Origin: Bacillota bacterium
GTDB taxonomy: Bacteria > Bacillota > Dethiobacteria > DTU022
DNA length: 64,000 bases
NCBI GenBank assembly: GCA_040751775.1
Contig: JBFMGD010000005.1
Coordinates: 23,175-87,174 of the forward strand
Direction of reading: 5' to 3'
The position numbers and the translations under genes are program-made. Under the pieces are notes generated by a model. That model saw only the letters and a list, made by a program, of their open reading frames with translations. It had not been told where the DNA came from and did not search any database. Below are positions 47,709-57,326 of the stretch, one piece after another. Every line of letters begins with the position of its first letter. Position 1 is the stretch's first letter.

Positions 47709-48683
47709 ATGAAAGAAAAACTGTCGATTGGCAAGATCAGAGGGTTGCAGCAGTGTGCAACTACCCGCAGTGTGTTTTCTATGTTAGCGTTGGATCATCG
47801 CAATAATTTACGAAACGCTCTCAATCCCCAAAACCCAGAATTGGTTTCCTATGAAGAACTGGTATCTTTTAAGGAGCAGGTTACCGGTATACTGGCTCCT
47901 GAGGCCAGTGCCGTTCTGTTGGATCCTGAACTAGGGTTGGCACAGTGTATCGCATCGGCTACGCTGCCGGGTAAGGTAGGATTGGTTGCTTCACTGGAGG
48001 CCACCGGTTATGACGGAAACAATTCCACGGCACGAACGACCAGGTTACTGCCTGGTTGGAACGTCTCGAAGGCAAAAAAACTGGGGGCTAACGCTGTAAA
48101 ATTGCTGGTATACTATCACCCGGATGCTTCTACAGCTAATGTTCTTGAGGGACTGGTAGAACAGGTAGCAGCGGATTGCCGGCAGCAGGATATACCTTTG
48201 ATTCTGGAGCCGCTTTCATATAGTATTAAAAGCGACCATAAACTTTCATCGCGTGAAAAAAATCAAGTGGTAGTAGAAACGGCGCGCCGCTTAACCAGCC
48301 TCGGCGGAGATATACTCAAAGCAGAGTTTCCCCTGGATATTAAAACTGAAACTGATGAAAGTTTATGGGCGGAGGCTTGTGCAAAGCTGACTGAAAACAG
48401 CCGCATCCCATGGGTTCTACTTTCCGCTTCCGTAGATTTTGAAACCTTTTTAAGACAGGTGACTGTTGCTTGTAGAAATGGTGCTGCAGGGGTCGCTGTA
48501 GGTCGTGCGGTATGGAAAGAGGCAACCGATTTACATGGCTCTGAGAGGAAAGACTTTTTAGAGAAGATTGCTTTACCGCGCATGCGAAGGATTACAGCTC
48601 TCTGTGAAGCCTGGGCCAAACCTTTCTATGAATACTATGCCCCAATGGAGTTAACCCAAAATTTCTATGAGACATATAGCTAA
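47709..48683 (+). CDS. Class I ketose-bisphosphate aldolase, LacD family (tagatose-1,6-bisphosphate aldolase-like)
   Basis: The start is taken at ATG 47709 (MKEKLSIGKIRGL), while the listed ORF from 47604 overlaps ptsH. The MLALDHRNNLRNAL and AVLLDPELGL blocks resemble LacD/sulfofructosephosphate-aldolase-type enzymes. Confidence 0.6.
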   Translation: MKEKLSIGKIRGLQQCATTRSVFSMLALDHRNNLRNALNPQNPELVSYEELVSFKEQVTGILAPEASAVLLDPELGLAQCIASATLPGKVGLVASLEATGYDGNNSTARTTRLLPGWNVSKAKKLGANAVKLLVYYHPDASTANVLEGLVEQVAADCRQQDIPLILEPLSYSIKSDHKLSSREKNQVVVETARRLTSLGGDILKAEFPLDIKTETDESLWAEACAKLTENSRIPWVLLSASVDFETFLRQVTVACRNGAAGVAVGRAVWKEATDLHGSERKDFLEKIALPRMRRITALCEAWAKPFYEYYAPMELTQNFYETYS

Positions 48684-48698
48684 ACTGGTGTATGAAAT

Positions 48699-49637
48699 AT
48701 GAAAAATTGCTTTGTAACAATTACCGCCAATCCTTCTATTGACAAAATGTTATGTATTGACAATTTTATGGTGGGTGAAATTAATCGCCCGCAGCGGTCA
48801 CTATCCTTGGCCGGAGGTAAAGGTCTCAACGTATCGAGAGTTCTAAATCGCTTGGGGGTTCCTTTATGCGCTTGTGTTTTATTGGGCGGATACTGTGGCC
48901 GTTGGATTGAAGGTAATTTAAAGGAGGAAAAAATTCAAACTTGTGTTACCTGGGGAGATGGAGAAACCAGGACATGTTTTTCGATAATTAATTTATTATC
49001 AGGGGAAACAACTTCTGTCTATGAGCAGGGTTTTATGGTTACGCCTAAGGTATGGTATGATTTTGAAGACTCGGTGGAAAGCAGAATAGACGCCGCCTCA
49101 GCGGTAATTATATCGGGAAGTTTGCCTCCCGGCGCTCCTGTTGATGGCTACGCTCGCTTGATTCGTCGGGCCAGGGTGAGATCTGTTCCAGTATTACTGG
49201 ATACTTATGGAGAAGCCTTAAAAATTGCGTTACCCGCCAGGCCTTGGGTTTTAAAAATTAACGCTGAAGAGGCTGGCGATATTACCGGGCGTGTGATTAA
49301 AACATTTACTGATGCAGTTTGTGCCGCCCAGGTACTTCATGATCAAGGTATACCTGTTATAGTTGTTACCCTGGGAAGCCTAGGCTCAGTAGCTGTTAGC
49401 ACCGATGGCATCTGGGCAGCAGCGCCGCCAGCAATAAAAACTCTTTCAGCAGTGGGCAGCGGTGACGCTTTTTTAGCAGGCTTATCTTTTGCCTTATTGG
49501 AGGGTTCTGAACTTCCGCAAGCCCTTCGCCTGGGTACAGCGGCGGGGGCCGCTAATGCCGCTTCGTTTGGCACCGGCAACATTGATGTCAGCTTGATAAA
49601 TACATTATCCAAGCAAGTTAATATAAGTAAGATTTAA
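48699..49637 (+). CDS. PfkB-family sugar-phosphate kinase (tagatose-6-phosphate kinase / 1-phosphofructokinase-like)
   Basis: 312 aa. It has the N-terminal FruK/LacC pattern ITANPSIDK...GGKGLNVSRVL and the C-terminal anion-hole SAVGSGDAFLAG. Confidence 0.75.
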   Translation: MKNCFVTITANPSIDKMLCIDNFMVGEINRPQRSLSLAGGKGLNVSRVLNRLGVPLCACVLLGGYCGRWIEGNLKEEKIQTCVTWGDGETRTCFSIINLLSGETTSVYEQGFMVTPKVWYDFEDSVESRIDAASAVIISGSLPPGAPVDGYARLIRRARVRSVPVLLDTYGEALKIALPARPWVLKINAEEAGDITGRVIKTFTDAVCAAQVLHDQGIPVIVVTLGSLGSVAVSTDGIWAAAPPAIKTLSAVGSGDAFLAGLSFALLEGSELPQALRLGTAAGAANAASFGTGNIDVSLINTLSKQVNISKI

Positions 49638-49689
49638 CTGTTTATAAAGTAGGTACGGTTCCTTAGGAAGATACAGAGAGGGATAGTTT

Positions 49690-51408
49690 ATGGAAAAATT
49701 AGTTGGTATTGGTGTCTCACCTGGAATAGCTATCGGTAAAGCCTATCTGCGAAATAAAGAGCTAAAAGAGCATCAAAGATCCGACATTATGAAGAACCAG
49801 GTTGAAGCGGAAATTACCAGGTTAAAGCAAGCCTCGCGCCAAGTTAAGGAAGATCTTGTGCTTTTAATAAAATCGGCATCCGAAAAAATCGGTTTAACTA
49901 ATGCTGAGATTTTTAATGCTCATTTATTGATACTGGATGATCCTGAATTTATTCCTCAAGTGATCAGTATCATTGATCAAGAAAAAGTTGATGCTGTAAC
50001 GGCTATTAATAAAGTTGTTAAAAAATATAGCTTGCTTTTTTCCCAGGTGCAGGACGAGTACATTCGCACCAGGATTAGTGATGTTGAAGATGTCGCTGGG
50101 CAAATAAAAGATAAATTACTAAGGAAAGACCGCGATAAAACGGATTTTACTGAGCCGGTTATTCTACTGGCTGATGATTTAACACCCTCCGAAACGGTTT
50201 TAATGGATCCTGATATGCTGCTTGGTTTTGCTGCAGCAGGAGGTTCAAAAACATCCCATACAGCGATCATTGCACGTTGTTTGGAGATTCCTGCGGTTGT
50301 AGGTGTCGGTGAAGTTCTGCTGAGTAAAGAAAATGACTCCGAGGTAACTATCATTGATGGTGATAATGGTATTATTATACTAAACCCCACTCCTTCTGTT
50401 TTGGATGAGTACAATAAAAAGCAAGAATCCCGGAAACAACTGATTACAAGTTTAAATTCATTTAAAAACCGTAAAGCAGCAACAGTTGATGGAAGGACAA
50501 TAGAGGTAGCAGGCAATATGGGGAATCTGGGTGACCTCAATCGATTGCTGGAACAGGGTTCTGACGGGGTTGGCCTGTTCAGGACTGAGTTTCTTTACAT
50601 GGAGAGGGAAAAGCTCCCTTCTGAAGAAGAGCAGTTTATTGTATATCGGGAGATAGCGCTAAAAATGGCAGAAAAACCGGTAATCATCAGGACACTGGAT
50701 ATTGGCGGCGACAAAAATATTCCATACTTGGGTCTTCCTGCTGAGCCAAACCCCTTTTTAGGCTACAGAGCGACCAGGATGTATTTCAACCGTCCCGAGA
50801 TTTACAAAGCACAATTACGGGCTATTCTCAGGGCGGCATTCAGTGGAAATATTAAAATTATGTTTCCGATGATATCGTCTGTACAGGAAGTAAGGAAGGC
50901 TCATTCTATTATCAGAGAGGTTAAAGCAGAATTAATCAGGGAAGGACATGATTTTTCTGATATCGAGGTAGGCATCATGGTGGAAATTCCATCAGCAGCT
51001 ATAATTGCCGATGTGTTGGCTGATGAGGTTGATTTTTTTAGCATTGGGACTAACGACCTTGTCCAGTACACCCTTGCTGCTGACAGGACAAATAAGAGCG
51101 TCTCCGACCTATATTCTCATTATCATCCGGCTGTTCTAAAGTTAATTAGTTTAACTGTAGAGGCAGCGCATTCCAAGGGTATTTGGGTTGGTTTATGTGG
51201 AGAAGCAGCAGCAGATCCGCTTTTAATCCCTTTTTTCATCGGTGTAGGATTAGACGAAATAAGTGTTTCAGCCGGCTCAATATTACGTACAAAAAGAGAC
51301 ATTGGGAAATGGACGGTCACGGAAGCGATGGAAATTACCCATAAGCTATTGCGCACGAAATCCGTGGAAGAAGTAGAATTTATATTATCCAACAGTAGCA
51401 AGGAGTAG
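49690..51408 (+). CDS. ptsI: PEP-protein phosphotransferase, PTS Enzyme I
   Basis: 572 aa. It has the N-terminal MEKLVGIGVSPGIAIGKAY, the phospho-His motif GGSKTSHTAIIAR and a C-terminal PEP-utilising TIM-barrel domain. Confidence 0.9.
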   Translation: MEKLVGIGVSPGIAIGKAYLRNKELKEHQRSDIMKNQVEAEITRLKQASRQVKEDLVLLIKSASEKIGLTNAEIFNAHLLILDDPEFIPQVISIIDQEKVDAVTAINKVVKKYSLLFSQVQDEYIRTRISDVEDVAGQIKDKLLRKDRDKTDFTEPVILLADDLTPSETVLMDPDMLLGFAAAGGSKTSHTAIIARCLEIPAVVGVGEVLLSKENDSEVTIIDGDNGIIILNPTPSVLDEYNKKQESRKQLITSLNSFKNRKAATVDGRTIEVAGNMGNLGDLNRLLEQGSDGVGLFRTEFLYMEREKLPSEEEQFIVYREIALKMAEKPVIIRTLDIGGDKNIPYLGLPAEPNPFLGYRATRMYFNRPEIYKAQLRAILRAAFSGNIKIMFPMISSVQEVRKAHSIIREVKAELIREGHDFSDIEVGIMVEIPSAAIIADVLADEVDFFSIGTNDLVQYTLAADRTNKSVSDLYSHYHPAVLKLISLTVEAAHSKGIWVGLCGEAAADPLLIPFFIGVGLDEISVSAGSILRTKRDIGKWTVTEAMEITHKLLRTKSVEEVEFILSNSSKE

Positions 51409-51687
51409 CGGAATTCGGTCCAGTTCCGGTGCACACAACCAAAACTACCTCCACCCTTTTATTTGAGTATTTTTTTTGTGACTTGGCAGGCTTCCCCGGC
51501 TATTTTCAAAAGGTTTTCCCGGATAAAGTCTCTTCCTTTATAATTAATTTTGTTTGTCGGCCCGGAAATGCCCAGCGCGGCTGTGGCCAGGAATATTTTC
51601 CCCATGGATGAACAATGGAGCGGTGTCAGGGGTTCCAGAACAGCCATCAGGGTAAAGGAATTACCCCGGTTCAACAAGCTGCTATTT

Positions 51688-51720
51688 TATTGACAAGGCA
51701 GTTTTCTAGTTTTATTATAA
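51688..51720 (+). promoter_or_regulatory. Candidate sigma-A promoter (TTGACA-19-TATAAT) upstream of the DDAH-family gene
   Basis: The sequence reads ttgacaaggcagttttctagttttattataat. The spacer is long, so confidence is modest. Confidence 0.3.
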
Positions 51721-51783
51721 TTTTGGATCGGCGTTCCATGCAAGCAGCAACTACCAAGCAGCAAGCAGCGAGGGGAGATATTT

Positions 51784-52545
51784 ATGTTTACAAAAATTAT
51801 TGTTAAGAAACCCGGCAGAAGTGTGGTTGACGGACTTGCTACCTCCGATTTGGGCAAACCCGACTATGAGAAAGCGCTCGCCCAACATCAAGAGTATATC
51901 AGGGTTATGGGCAGCTGTGCCGTGAGCGTTAAAATCCTTGAAGCGGATGAAGCCTATCCGGACAGCTGCTTTGTGGAAGACCCGGCTGTGGTTACCGAGA
52001 AGATGGCCGTCATTACCAATCCGGGGGCTCCCACCAGGAACGGGGAAACAGAGGCTATTAAAGAGGCGCTGGAAGAGTTTTACGATATCTTCGAGTACAT
52101 TAAATCACCGGGAACCCTCGAAGGCGGTGATATCATGAGAATGGAAAACCACTTCTATATCGGCCTTTCCACCAGGACCAACCTCGAAGGGGCACACCAG
52201 TTAAACGATATTCTAATTAAGTACGGCTATTCAGCTTCCGTAGTGCCGTTAAAAAAAATGTTCCATCTGAAAACCGGCGTAAATTACATCGGGGACAACA
52301 CGCTGCTTGTGGCCGGCGAATTCATTGAACACAAGCAATTCAGAAATTTTAAAAATATTACCATTGACGATGACGAGATGTATGCCGCCAACTGTATCCG
52401 GATGAATGATTTTGTCGTTATGCCGGCGGGTTTTCCCAAAACGAAAAATAAACTTACAGCAGCCGGGTTTACCATTAAGGAACTGCCGGTAAGTGAATTC
52501 CAAAAAATCGACGGGGGTTTAAGCTGTTTATCGCTGCGTTTTTAA
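51784..52545 (+). CDS. Dimethylarginine dimethylaminohydrolase-family (amidinotransferase superfamily) enzyme
   Basis: 253 aa. It has the catalytic Cys near the C-terminus (DGGLSCLSLRF), and family similarity runs throughout. Confidence 0.7.
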   Translation: MFTKIIVKKPGRSVVDGLATSDLGKPDYEKALAQHQEYIRVMGSCAVSVKILEADEAYPDSCFVEDPAVVTEKMAVITNPGAPTRNGETEAIKEALEEFYDIFEYIKSPGTLEGGDIMRMENHFYIGLSTRTNLEGAHQLNDILIKYGYSASVVPLKKMFHLKTGVNYIGDNTLLVAGEFIEHKQFRNFKNITIDDDEMYAANCIRMNDFVVMPAGFPKTKNKLTAAGFTIKELPVSEFQKIDGGLSCLSLRF

Positions 52546-53295
52546 GGGAGCTGTTTTGATGAAGCACAAGTATATTGCCAAAAGATACTGGAATTTTAAG
52601 CTGCCCCCTTTGAGCAAAACCAATGGCTGTGACTACGGTGCCACCCTGGCTTTCCAGGGGCCGATTGACCAGGGCTCCTCCCATGCCCAGGGCTAGGCGG
52701 GTCAAGATTGAGTATAACGATGGAAAGACGGCTTTCTTGGCCGATGGCAGTTGGTTGGGTTGGGGCGGAATCTTTGGAGGTACGAGGCAGATCCTTGAAG
52801 CGGTTCGACACCTCGAACGGTCTTCCTAACAACTACGTTCAGCCCGATCGCGTATTACCGGCCGCTTCTCGTCCGTGGCTTTGACCATTAACTGGCCAAG
52901 CCTGTTGGACCGGTCAAACAAAAAGACGCTCTAGCTCGCAGCACAACTTAAGCAATTGTCCACCGCTGTGGGGTGATTTATTTACCGTTCCGATTGAACT
53001 TAACAAGGGGTTCTGCCTGACACCCCTGCAGCCCGGTGCCTCAACAGAGATCTGTGCTCAAGCCTTTCAAAAACACCAGGTAAAGTAAAGAAAATTACAG
53101 CCGAAACAATCGACAGAGGGTGAGGCGGCGTGTATAGCAGAAGGAAGGGGAAAACGGTCATCGAAGGCCAGGCTACGGTATTAAAACGGTAGTGGTCACT
53201 GTTTCCGATTCTATTCCCATGATAACAATGATTCTGCGTTTTCCCTCGGGCTGTCGAATTAATGGAAACAGATGTCCTGTTTTTCTTGCTTTTAC

Positions 53296-53324
53296 TTGAC
53301 GATGGCTGTGTTTGGTTGTACAAT
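53296..53324 (+). promoter_or_regulatory. Near-consensus sigma-A promoter (TTGACG-17-TACAAT) for the HTH-Uma2 gene
   Basis: The sequence reads ttgacgatggctgtgtttggttgtacaat. RBS GGAGGTGA follows at 53331-53338 and the ATG is at 53343. Confidence 0.5.
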
Positions 53325-53342
53325 GGTAGAGGAGGTGATCTC

Positions 53343-54101
53343 ATGGAAAAATTACTAACCGCACAAGAACTGGCCGAGATTTTGAGTTTATCGGTGGATA
53401 CCATCTGGAGGTATACACGGCAAAATAAGATACCTGTTGTGGAACTGGGAGAAAAGCAATACCGGTATAAAGAGGAAGCAGTGTTGGCTGCCTTGGCCGC
53501 GGGAGATTTACCTGTGAAAGAGGAGCATTCCGTATATACTAAACAGGGCGGATATACTTACGAGGATTATTTGAAGATCCCGGAAGAACCGGGCTACCGC
53601 TTTGAGATCTTGGAAGGGATTTTGGTAAAAGAACCGTCGCCTACGATGCGCCACCAGCGAGTATCCCGGGAACTGGGATACCGGTTGATCACTTTCTTTA
53701 ATCACTTTGATCCGGAGGGCGAACTCTTTTTTGCCCCCTTGGACGTTACGTTGACTACCAGTAATGTGCTGCAACCGGATCTTTTATTTGTATCCGGCGC
53801 CCGCAAGGAAGTTATGCGCAAAGAGCGTATTGACGGTCCTTGTGATTTGGTGGTGGAAATTATGTCACCCACAAATCGCCGGAAAGACCGCCTCCGCAAG
53901 ATGGAGATCTATCGCAAGGCGGGTATTCCTCATTACTGGCTGGTGGATCCCGAGGAAAATACATTAGAATCTTTTGTTCTCAGGGATGGAAATTATGCGC
54001 TGGTATTCGTGGGTGGCCCGGGCGATACTTTTACTCATCCGGAATTTCCGGGGTTGGATCTGGATCTGGATAAGGTATTTTATCGGCCCGTGTTTGAGTG
54101 A
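53343..54101 (+). CDS. Fusion of N-terminal excisionase/MerR-like HTH DNA-binding domain to Uma2-family (DUF820) PD-(D/E)xK endonuclease
   Basis: The N-terminal LTAQELAEILSLSVDTIWRYTRQNKIPVVELGEKQYRY is HTH-like. The C-terminal domain has the Uma2 hallmark QPDLLFV...CDLVVEIMSPTNRRKDRLRKMEIYRKAGIPHYWLVDP. The start is taken at ATG 53343, while the listed ORF starts at 53262. Confidence 0.7.
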   Translation: MEKLLTAQELAEILSLSVDTIWRYTRQNKIPVVELGEKQYRYKEEAVLAALAAGDLPVKEEHSVYTKQGGYTYEDYLKIPEEPGYRFEILEGILVKEPSPTMRHQRVSRELGYRLITFFNHFDPEGELFFAPLDVTLTTSNVLQPDLLFVSGARKEVMRKERIDGPCDLVVEIMSPTNRRKDRLRKMEIYRKAGIPHYWLVDPEENTLESFVLRDGNYALVFVGGPGDTFTHPEFPGLDLDLDKVFYRPVFE

Positions 54102-54177
54102 ATTTCGGCTTAAGTTTCTAATGGGCACGAGATGTGAAAATGGATTTATAATGATGGTAATCCAGAGTTTAGTCAAG

Positions 54178-57100
54178 TTATGAATTTCCATCAAGCGGGA
54201 ATTCGGTCCGGTAGAGGCTTTCGAAGCCGGGCAGCGCTTCCGCCGCCGTGAAGAGGCGGTAGGGGATGCGCATCATTTCCCCGGCGCGGTTGCCGTAAAC
54301 GATCTCCCCGCGGTAGCCCTTTTCCAAAAAGGATAAGCCGAGGATGCGGTTGAGCCAGTCCATCCAGTTGTTCATCTGATCCAGGGGAGCGTAGCGGACG
54401 CGCTGGATTACGGATGGACTGTTGAAGTCGGTATGGCCCACCAGCACCAGGTGATCCATCGCCCGGGTGGCGGCGACATAGAGCAGCCGCTTTTTCTCGG
54501 CGATCAGTTTTTCCCGCTGCCTGATCTTGATAATGCGCTTGACCAGGATGGGCTCCTGTTCCCACCCGTTTTCGGGGTTGGGCGCGTTTAGCCCCAGTTC
54601 CGGCCGCTCGCGCCGGGAGATGCCTTCATTGTCGACAGTCATGGCATGGGGGATCTGGTCGGCGTGCAGCGTTTCCCGATCGCCTAAGTTAAAGCCGGCG
54701 CCTAAGTCCGGCACAAAGACCATCGGGAATTCCAGCCCCTTGGACTGGTGTACCGTCATGATCTGCACCGCCCCGCCGAGGCTGATGTCGATATCGGCTT
54801 CTCCCTCTTCTTCGATAAAGTCGATGCGGTTGTTGAGCCATTCGCTAAAATCATCCAGGTCGCAGCCTTCTTCCAGGGCCAGGGCGCGGGCGCTTTCCAG
54901 CAGTTTTTCGATATTTGAGAGCGCCTGCTCCCCCCGGTCGCCCCGGCAGAGGCTCACGTACCAGCTGCTCTCGTCCAGGATAAGCCGCAGGTATTCCTCC
55001 AGGGGTACGCGCCCGGCCAGGCTGAGCCACCTGCTTAAATCGGTGGCGGCGCCGGCGAGGGAGGCGCGGTCGCTTACCGGGAAATACGCTTTTTCGGGGT
55101 GGGTTTCCGCCCGCGCCGTCTCCCACAGTTTATTCCAGAGGCTTGCCCCCGGCAACTTTGACAGTAAATAGAGGCCTTCGTCGGAGAGGCGCCCGGCCGG
55201 GGATCGTAAATACGCGGCCAGGGAAAGATCGTCGGCGGGGTCGGTCAGAAAGCGGATCAGGTTGCCCAGGTCGACGATCTCCCGGCGCTGGAAAAAGCCC
55301 CGGCCGCGCACCACCGTGAAATCAATCCGGCTCATGCGCAGCGCTTCTTCATAGGTTTTGAGCATGGTGCGCCGGTTCAGCAGGATGGCCACGGCAGGCC
55401 GCCCTTGTTGCGCTTCTTCCCGCACCCGGCGGTATTTTTCATCGTCCCCCAGGAAAACTTCCTTGATTTTATCCGCAATCAGGAACGCTTCTTTAAAGTG
55501 ATCGCTGATCTCCATGGCGCCTGCCGCGGCTGTTTCGGGTAAGGGAAGACCGGTGGTATCTTCTTGGGGCGCGGCGCCGCCGGCGGCGCTTTCCCGCGCG
55601 GCTTGCAGCGCTTCCGACAGCTTTTCCGAAAGTGTTTCGTCAAAACCCTCTTTGCCGCTGTCCGCCAGCAGCAGTGCCACGCTGCCCTCGTTCCGGTTGC
55701 CGGAACAGGCGAGGCGCTGCGGCCTGGCGTCGTATTCTTCGTAGTAATCCTTGGCCAGAAGGTCGTGAAAAAACATGTTGAAGAAATTGATCGGTGTCGC
55801 GGCGGAGCGGAAATTATCGGCGAAAACGATCTCCCCGGCTTGCGGATTCGTGGCGGCGTCTATTCTGTCCCGGTACTCCGCCGTGTAATCCTTGGCCCCT
55901 TCCAATACAAGTTCAAAAGGCTGCAGGTGGTGGCCGCCGCTCCTGTTGGCGTTTTGCAGCTCCCGCCTGACCCGGGAAAAGAGGCGGACATCTCCCCCGC
56001 GGAAGGAGTAAATCGCCTGTTTTTCGTCACCGACGATGAACAGCTTGGGGCTGATCACGGTTCCGGTATGGTCCGCGGCGATCTTTTTGATGATTTGCCA
56101 CTGCAGGTCGTTTGTATCCTGGAACTCGTCCACCATGATAAATAGAAAACGCGTTCTCAGTTCATTAAGAATATAGTTGTGTTTTTCTTCCGTAAACAGG
56201 CGCAGCACTTTCAGTTGCAGGTCCTGGAAATCGAGGTAGTTCTCCCGTGCTTTATCGTCATGGTAGTTTAACAGGCAATCACGGGACAGGCGCGCCAGGG
56301 CCTGCAATAGCGTAAAGCCTTCGCTTTCGTGGCTCTCCACCAGGTTCAGTTCTTCCAGGGGCAGGGCTTTCATCAGGTAACGCAGGGTGGTAAAAGCGCC
56401 CTTCAACTCATGGTAGACCGGTCCGTCCCAGGCCTTGGGAGGCAAGCCGGTGAGCCTCAGGTTGGCTATAATTTCATTTTTAAGCTGTTGCACTTTGGCG
56501 GCGTCGATGGTGCTGACGGCCGCGGGCGCCAGCTCCTTCCGCAGTAGCGGGATCAGCCGCAGCAGGTTGTCTCTCTTTCGGCCCAGGGAAGAACTGTCTT
56601 CCGGAACGATCTCTGTTGTTTGTGTCAATGTTTCAAGGCAGTGGAGCAGTTCCTTGTTTTGGTACAACTTGTAGGCCATTTCACGCAGCATGCACTCGCG
56701 GTAGGTGCCCAGCCGCTCCAGGTAGCCCGGCAGGTCCAGCGTAAGGAATCCGGTGATCCAGGGGCCGCTGTCTTCGCGTTTCTGGATCACGGTAAAGATG
56801 GAGTTGGCGATTACGCCTTTGGAAAACTCGCCGCCGAGTACGTGGATATCGCGGTTGTTCTTGTCGGCGGCCAGTTCCCTGAGGGTGCGGTTGATGCTTT
56901 TACGCAGGAAAAAGACCTTCTCGGTCTCGTCCAAAACCCGGAAATAGGGGTCGATTCCCGCCTCGATGGGGTATTCCCGCAGCAGGGCGGCGCAGAAGGC
57001 GTGAAAGGTGCTGATGTAGTTGTTGAAAAAGATGTCTTTATGATTTTGAAAATGCGGCTCGCCTGTAAGGGCTAGTTCCCTGTCGATGGCGCCGTAGATC

Positions 57101-57309
57101 CGCTCTTTCATCTCTACCGCCGCTTTGTCGGTGAAGGTGAGCACCAGCAGGCGATCCAGGGAGAGCCGTTCCCGCGCCAATATTTTGATGATGCGGCGGG
57201 TGAGCACCTCGGTTTTACCGGTGCCGGCGCCGGCTGTTACGGCCAGGTTACGCCGGTAATCCGTGGCCAGGTGCTGGTGCAAGGTCGGGTAGAATGTGGT
57301 GGTCGCCAT
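54178..57309 (-). CDS. addA: UvrD-type helicase, AddA-like subunit lacking the C-terminal RecB-type nuclease domain
   Basis: 1043 aa. It has Walker A AGAGTGKTEVL, UvrD motifs through TVHQSKGLEFPMVFV and LLYVAATRAMDHLVLV, and only about 100 non-nuclease residues after the last helicase motif. It lies immediately downstream of the AddB-like gene, the typical addB-addA order. Confidence 0.7.
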   Translation of the reverse strand: MATTTFYPTLHQHLATDYRRNLAVTAGAGTGKTEVLTRRIIKILARERLSLDRLLVLTFTDKAAVEMKERIYGAIDRELALTGEPHFQNHKDIFFNNYISTFHAFCAALLREYPIEAGIDPYFRVLDETEKVFFLRKSINRTLRELAADKNNRDIHVLGGEFSKGVIANSIFTVIQKREDSGPWITGFLTLDLPGYLERLGTYRECMLREMAYKLYQNKELLHCLETLTQTTEIVPEDSSSLGRKRDNLLRLIPLLRKELAPAAVSTIDAAKVQQLKNEIIANLRLTGLPPKAWDGPVYHELKGAFTTLRYLMKALPLEELNLVESHESEGFTLLQALARLSRDCLLNYHDDKARENYLDFQDLQLKVLRLFTEEKHNYILNELRTRFLFIMVDEFQDTNDLQWQIIKKIAADHTGTVISPKLFIVGDEKQAIYSFRGGDVRLFSRVRRELQNANRSGGHHLQPFELVLEGAKDYTAEYRDRIDAATNPQAGEIVFADNFRSAATPINFFNMFFHDLLAKDYYEEYDARPQRLACSGNRNEGSVALLLADSGKEGFDETLSEKLSEALQAARESAAGGAAPQEDTTGLPLPETAAAGAMEISDHFKEAFLIADKIKEVFLGDDEKYRRVREEAQQGRPAVAILLNRRTMLKTYEEALRMSRIDFTVVRGRGFFQRREIVDLGNLIRFLTDPADDLSLAAYLRSPAGRLSDEGLYLLSKLPGASLWNKLWETARAETHPEKAYFPVSDRASLAGAATDLSRWLSLAGRVPLEEYLRLILDESSWYVSLCRGDRGEQALSNIEKLLESARALALEEGCDLDDFSEWLNNRIDFIEEEGEADIDISLGGAVQIMTVHQSKGLEFPMVFVPDLGAGFNLGDRETLHADQIPHAMTVDNEGISRRERPELGLNAPNPENGWEQEPILVKRIIKIRQREKLIAEKKRLLYVAATRAMDHLVLVGHTDFNSPSVIQRVRYAPLDQMNNWMDWLNRILGLSFLEKGYRGEIVYGNRAGEMMRIPYRLFTAAEALPGFESLYRTEFPLDGNS

Positions 57310-57326
57310 TTATGTTGTGCTCTCCT

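Noticed and set aside
38940-52550. AT-rich island as an integrative element or prophage
   Set aside because: No integrase, recombinase, tRNA or direct-repeat attachment sites are visible at either boundary. Compositional foreignness is the only mobility signal.
54527-56145. Plus-strand ORFs (214 aa and 193 aa) opposite the addA gene
   Set aside because: They are antisense to the UvrD-type helicase, have Ser/Arg/Pro-rich low-complexity translations, and show no start signals.
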